Source: an uncultured Clostridia bacterium (lineage in GTDB: Bacteria > Bacillota > Clostridia > Christensenellales > Pumilibacteraceae). From it: DNA of 38,495 nucleotides. The stretch lies in assembly GCA_947627075.1 (NCBI GenBank), contig CANQUR010000001.1, positions 1-38,495 on the forward strand. Reading direction: 5' to 3'. Below, one piece after another: positions 37,101-38,495 of this stretch. A program made the translations under genes and the position numbers. The number at the start of each line of letters is the position of its first letter. The first letter of the stretch is position 1. Below the pieces are notes generated by a model, which saw nothing but the letters and a program-made list of their open reading frames with translations, was not told the origin of the DNA and ran no database searches.

Positions 37101-37382
37101 TCTGCTACCGATCGCACGAACTCTGAATCTGTAAGTTCTGCTGGATTCAAGTCCCAATGTACTCACTCTAAATGAATTTGTCGAAGACGTATCCTCATCT
37201 ACACTCGTTTCTATTTCGTAGCTTAATGCGCCATCCACATTCAGCCAAGAAAGTCTCGAAACACTTTCGTCCGCCGACAAGTCTTGGGGCGTTGCAAGCA
37301 ATGGAAGATTGTTGCAAGCCGCCAAAGACATTATAGCGCACACCATAATACTTATAAAAATAAGCAGCCGAGTTTTTTTCAT
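34194..37382 (-). CDS. BspA-type leucine-rich-repeat surface lipoprotein (about 1062 aa) with an FN3-like N-terminal domain and a Listeria-Bacteroides-repeat-like C-terminus
   Basis: Lipobox MKKTRLLIFISIMVCAIMSLAAC. FN3-like LSWLNVDGALSYEIE...YRFRVRAIG. Many IPxSVxxIGxxAFxxCxxL repeats (LRR_5/BspA type). C-terminal FNCWIDKNGNEY...DGTLLTADW. Start at 37382 (AAGGAG RBS), not 37490. Confidence 0.85.
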   Translation of the reverse strand: MKKTRLLIFISIMVCAIMSLAACNNLPLLATPQDLSADESVSRLSWLNVDGALSYEIETSVDEDTSSTNSFRVSTLGLESSRTYRFRVRAIGSRNEYRPSEWSEPFEIFKPYENGMVFESINGNTEYSLQEIGTVTPDEDGVLEIPSTYHNKPVTQIGDRAMFRLEDSFKKIIVPASVTVIGKEAFRESKSLTEVELPDSVTTIGSYAFYGCTGLKNIKLPEALTAVPQACFSNCTGLGNVTFGNNIVSIGDFAFQYCSNKSADGTITGLTEVRIPNSVISIGKSAFSDALALDTVVFGNNVETIGEQAFVNDTSLQNVTLNEGLLSISTYAFGNCGTLKRISVPNSVLAVETGAFYGCSQLSDVELGDGLRTLGSGAFYGTPLCPAEDEDDNNYDCKDAYYVDGWLLGLPNNKYAPKTNYQYNQDGSIKTDENGNQVILSVETHLYNLEVQPGTVGIAELAFYWYPAIKYTLNSDGEQVVDDAAFCGLQTITLPDSLKYINANAFRMCANLTEVYFGSGLEAIDNGAFEICPYLERLEFKENSPLSVIGNYAFNSVPRGLEKPLSDYIKERFMGRQGDDGPINSRLGSPYAGEGSGIHDLNLPSSLKEVGAYAFYGSFYYVYYRTLSGYSDNVVYVGGWAVGTDEEGVEYINVAATQPDGKPVVGISNYAFVDGVNIATATLPTSSSAFKYLGMGAFSGCMSLESIEIPDGITEIYPSTFYGCTMLSEITLPSSIRKIDELAFYNCGNALEVQIDEHNEKIGGMVINGLENVTSIGDFAFYGCSTLYDVTFNSDLEALGAQSFCRAGIKEVTLPGTLSEIKQFAFSNCTDLESVTIEEGVKNIDRFAFRNCTALSEINIPRSVRTIGESAFRGCSNLVLVRFAEGLESIGNYAFYGCSVLGMDTSEAIVLPNSLTSIGDYAFRSCTLLRSMILGDSIKSMGMHVFNRCELLVIYTDMTSIPEGWNTKWNSSFRPIFKGCTLSDGRDYVISFVKDEDTLENYFTYYLDNEDAYGEAAAELFSSPVRSSSTFNCWIDKNGNEYTAEELKNVPDGTLLTADWLR

Positions 37383-37392
37383 TTTTTTCTCC

Positions 37393-38495
37393 TTAAACGG
37401 TTTTGTGTTCCATAAGCTTTTTACGTTCTTTGCGATCTCGTATAATCTCATGGATCCACTTAAACTTGAATTTGCGTACCGCAACGTCAAGCAAGAACAA
37501 TATTATGGAAATTATTATAAACAACATACGCGGATCATAAGTCATATGTAAGACTATGTCCATATCGGAAAATACGCTGCTCGGAGATTCGGACTCTACA
37601 ACTTTGCCAAGACCCGCTTTTGCCAAGTCAGACATATAGGCGTCGATAACATCCACTTCGACAAACGTATGATATTCTCTTGAATAAGAGAACGCTTTGT
37701 ACAATTCTTCCGAAGCCACAACAACGTCATTTCCTCCGTTATCTTTTCTGATCTGCTCTACTATGATCGTATAAACTCCGGCTTGCTTTGTCTCAAATGC
37801 AACACGTGCCGTGTCATCCCAGAATAAGGTCGTCGGCGTTACCGTCGGATCGTTTGGATTTTGACCGGGATCATAGATCTTTATACGAATATTGTCATTT
37901 TCCTCAAGATTTTTCGGATAAATGCTCATGGTAGTCGTATAGTTATCCTCGGAAAATACCACATCGATATCATGCGGTGCTATATCCGTGGTCGGCAACA
38001 AGGTATTTACTATATTTTCTATAAGCATTTCACCTTGGGGGTCGGTCAAGAAGCTACTTCCGCTGAAACCGTCACCGGTGCCGCTACTGAGCGAACTCAT
38101 GTAAGCGCCCACTCTGCCGTTGCCATATTGCCATTGAACATAGAGTGGAACATAACCCGCTTGCAATATCTTTTCCGGTTGCGGCTTGCCCTTTTGCGCC
38201 GTCTTTTCGCGCGTCGCGAAGAAGCCCGTTACAGTAGGAAGACGATCATAGGGATTTTGTGTGCTGTCACCTTTTATGCCTTCCAAGATAGGATGACTAT
38301 AATACTCATTGGGAACCGTAATAATTTCCTCCTTAAATGCAAATTCGGAAATATTGGGACCTTTGAGTTCGGAACGCATCATAGTGCCTATCTCGCCGGC
38401 ATGACCGGTCAATATAGGATAATATTTGCCGTTTCCATCTTCTGCAAGCCTCTGCATATCGGCTATATGACTATTTGCATCCTCGCCGCTTCCCG
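37393..38495 (-). CDS. C-terminal part of a larger membrane-anchored protein with a GATase1-like (Bat/VWA-associated) region; the 5' end is outside the window
   Basis: The frame is open to the window edge (GSGEDANSHIADMQRLAEDG...). HPILEGI...PLYVQWQYGNGRVGAYMS resembles the putative-glutamine-amidotransferase-like domain of Bat/VWA membrane proteins. One C-terminal TM helix (MLFIIISIILFLLDVAV) is followed by a basic tail. Confidence 0.6.
   Translation of the reverse strand, partial: GSGEDANSHIADMQRLAEDGNGKYYPILTGHAGEIGTMMRSELKGPNISEFAFKEEIITVPNEYYSHPILEGIKGDSTQNPYDRLPTVTGFFATREKTAQKGKPQPEKILQAGYVPLYVQWQYGNGRVGAYMSSLSSGTGDGFSGSSFLTDPQGEMLIENIVNTLLPTTDIAPHDIDVVFSEDNYTTTMSIYPKNLEENDNIRIKIYDPGQNPNDPTVTPTTLFWDDTARVAFETKQAGVYTIIVEQIRKDNGGNDVVVASEELYKAFSYSREYHTFVEVDVIDAYMSDLAKAGLGKVVESESPSSVFSDMDIVLHMTYDPRMLFIIISIILFLLDVAVRKFKFKWIHEIIRDRKERKKLMEHKTV

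Overview
AT-rich window, most likely from an endospore-forming Firmicute (Clostridia/Bacilli-like). That assignment is inferred from gene content and synteny; the species cannot be identified. 34 of 35 genes are on the minus strand and only rpmB is on the plus strand.

Positions 1-29.7 kb form a tightly packed housekeeping supercluster, largely syntenic with the Bacillus subtilis 'ylo' region. In transcription order (high to low coordinates): pcrA-ligA, yicC-gmk-rpoZ-coaBC-priA-def-fmt-rsmB-rlmN-rpe-thiN, (rpmB on +), asp23-yloV-recG-comEC, ytfI-ytfJ-DD-carboxypeptidase-rluB, a 5-gene biotin-dependent Na+-decarboxylase/carboxyltransferase operon, then a BaiN/YhiN-like flavoprotein, aroH and cmk. 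Many junctions are overlapping stop/start codons, which implies translational coupling.

The only accessory-looking part is 29.8-38.5 kb. It holds an orphan 136-aa protein and an operon closed by a perfect 36-nt palindromic terminator. The operon encodes a partial membrane-anchored GATase1-like/Bat-like protein, a 1062-aa BspA-type LRR lipoprotein, and a 1236-aa lipoprotein whose roughly 900-aa Tyr/Asp/Asn-rich helical region matches no family I recognise. This operon is the best candidate for something undescribed.

Other points worth a second look:
- an apparent frameshift that cuts the FMN-binding N-terminus off coaBC
- a decarboxylase operon carrying both a 12S/MmdA-like and a 5S/OadA-like carboxyltransferase with a single biotin carrier and a single Na+ pump subunit
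- a ComEC lacking the nuclease domain
- loss of remA, stp/prkC/rsgA, spoVM and sdaA from the conserved locus

I saw no rRNA, tRNA, CRISPR array, transposase or integrase. All family assignments come from motif recognition by eye; no searches were run.
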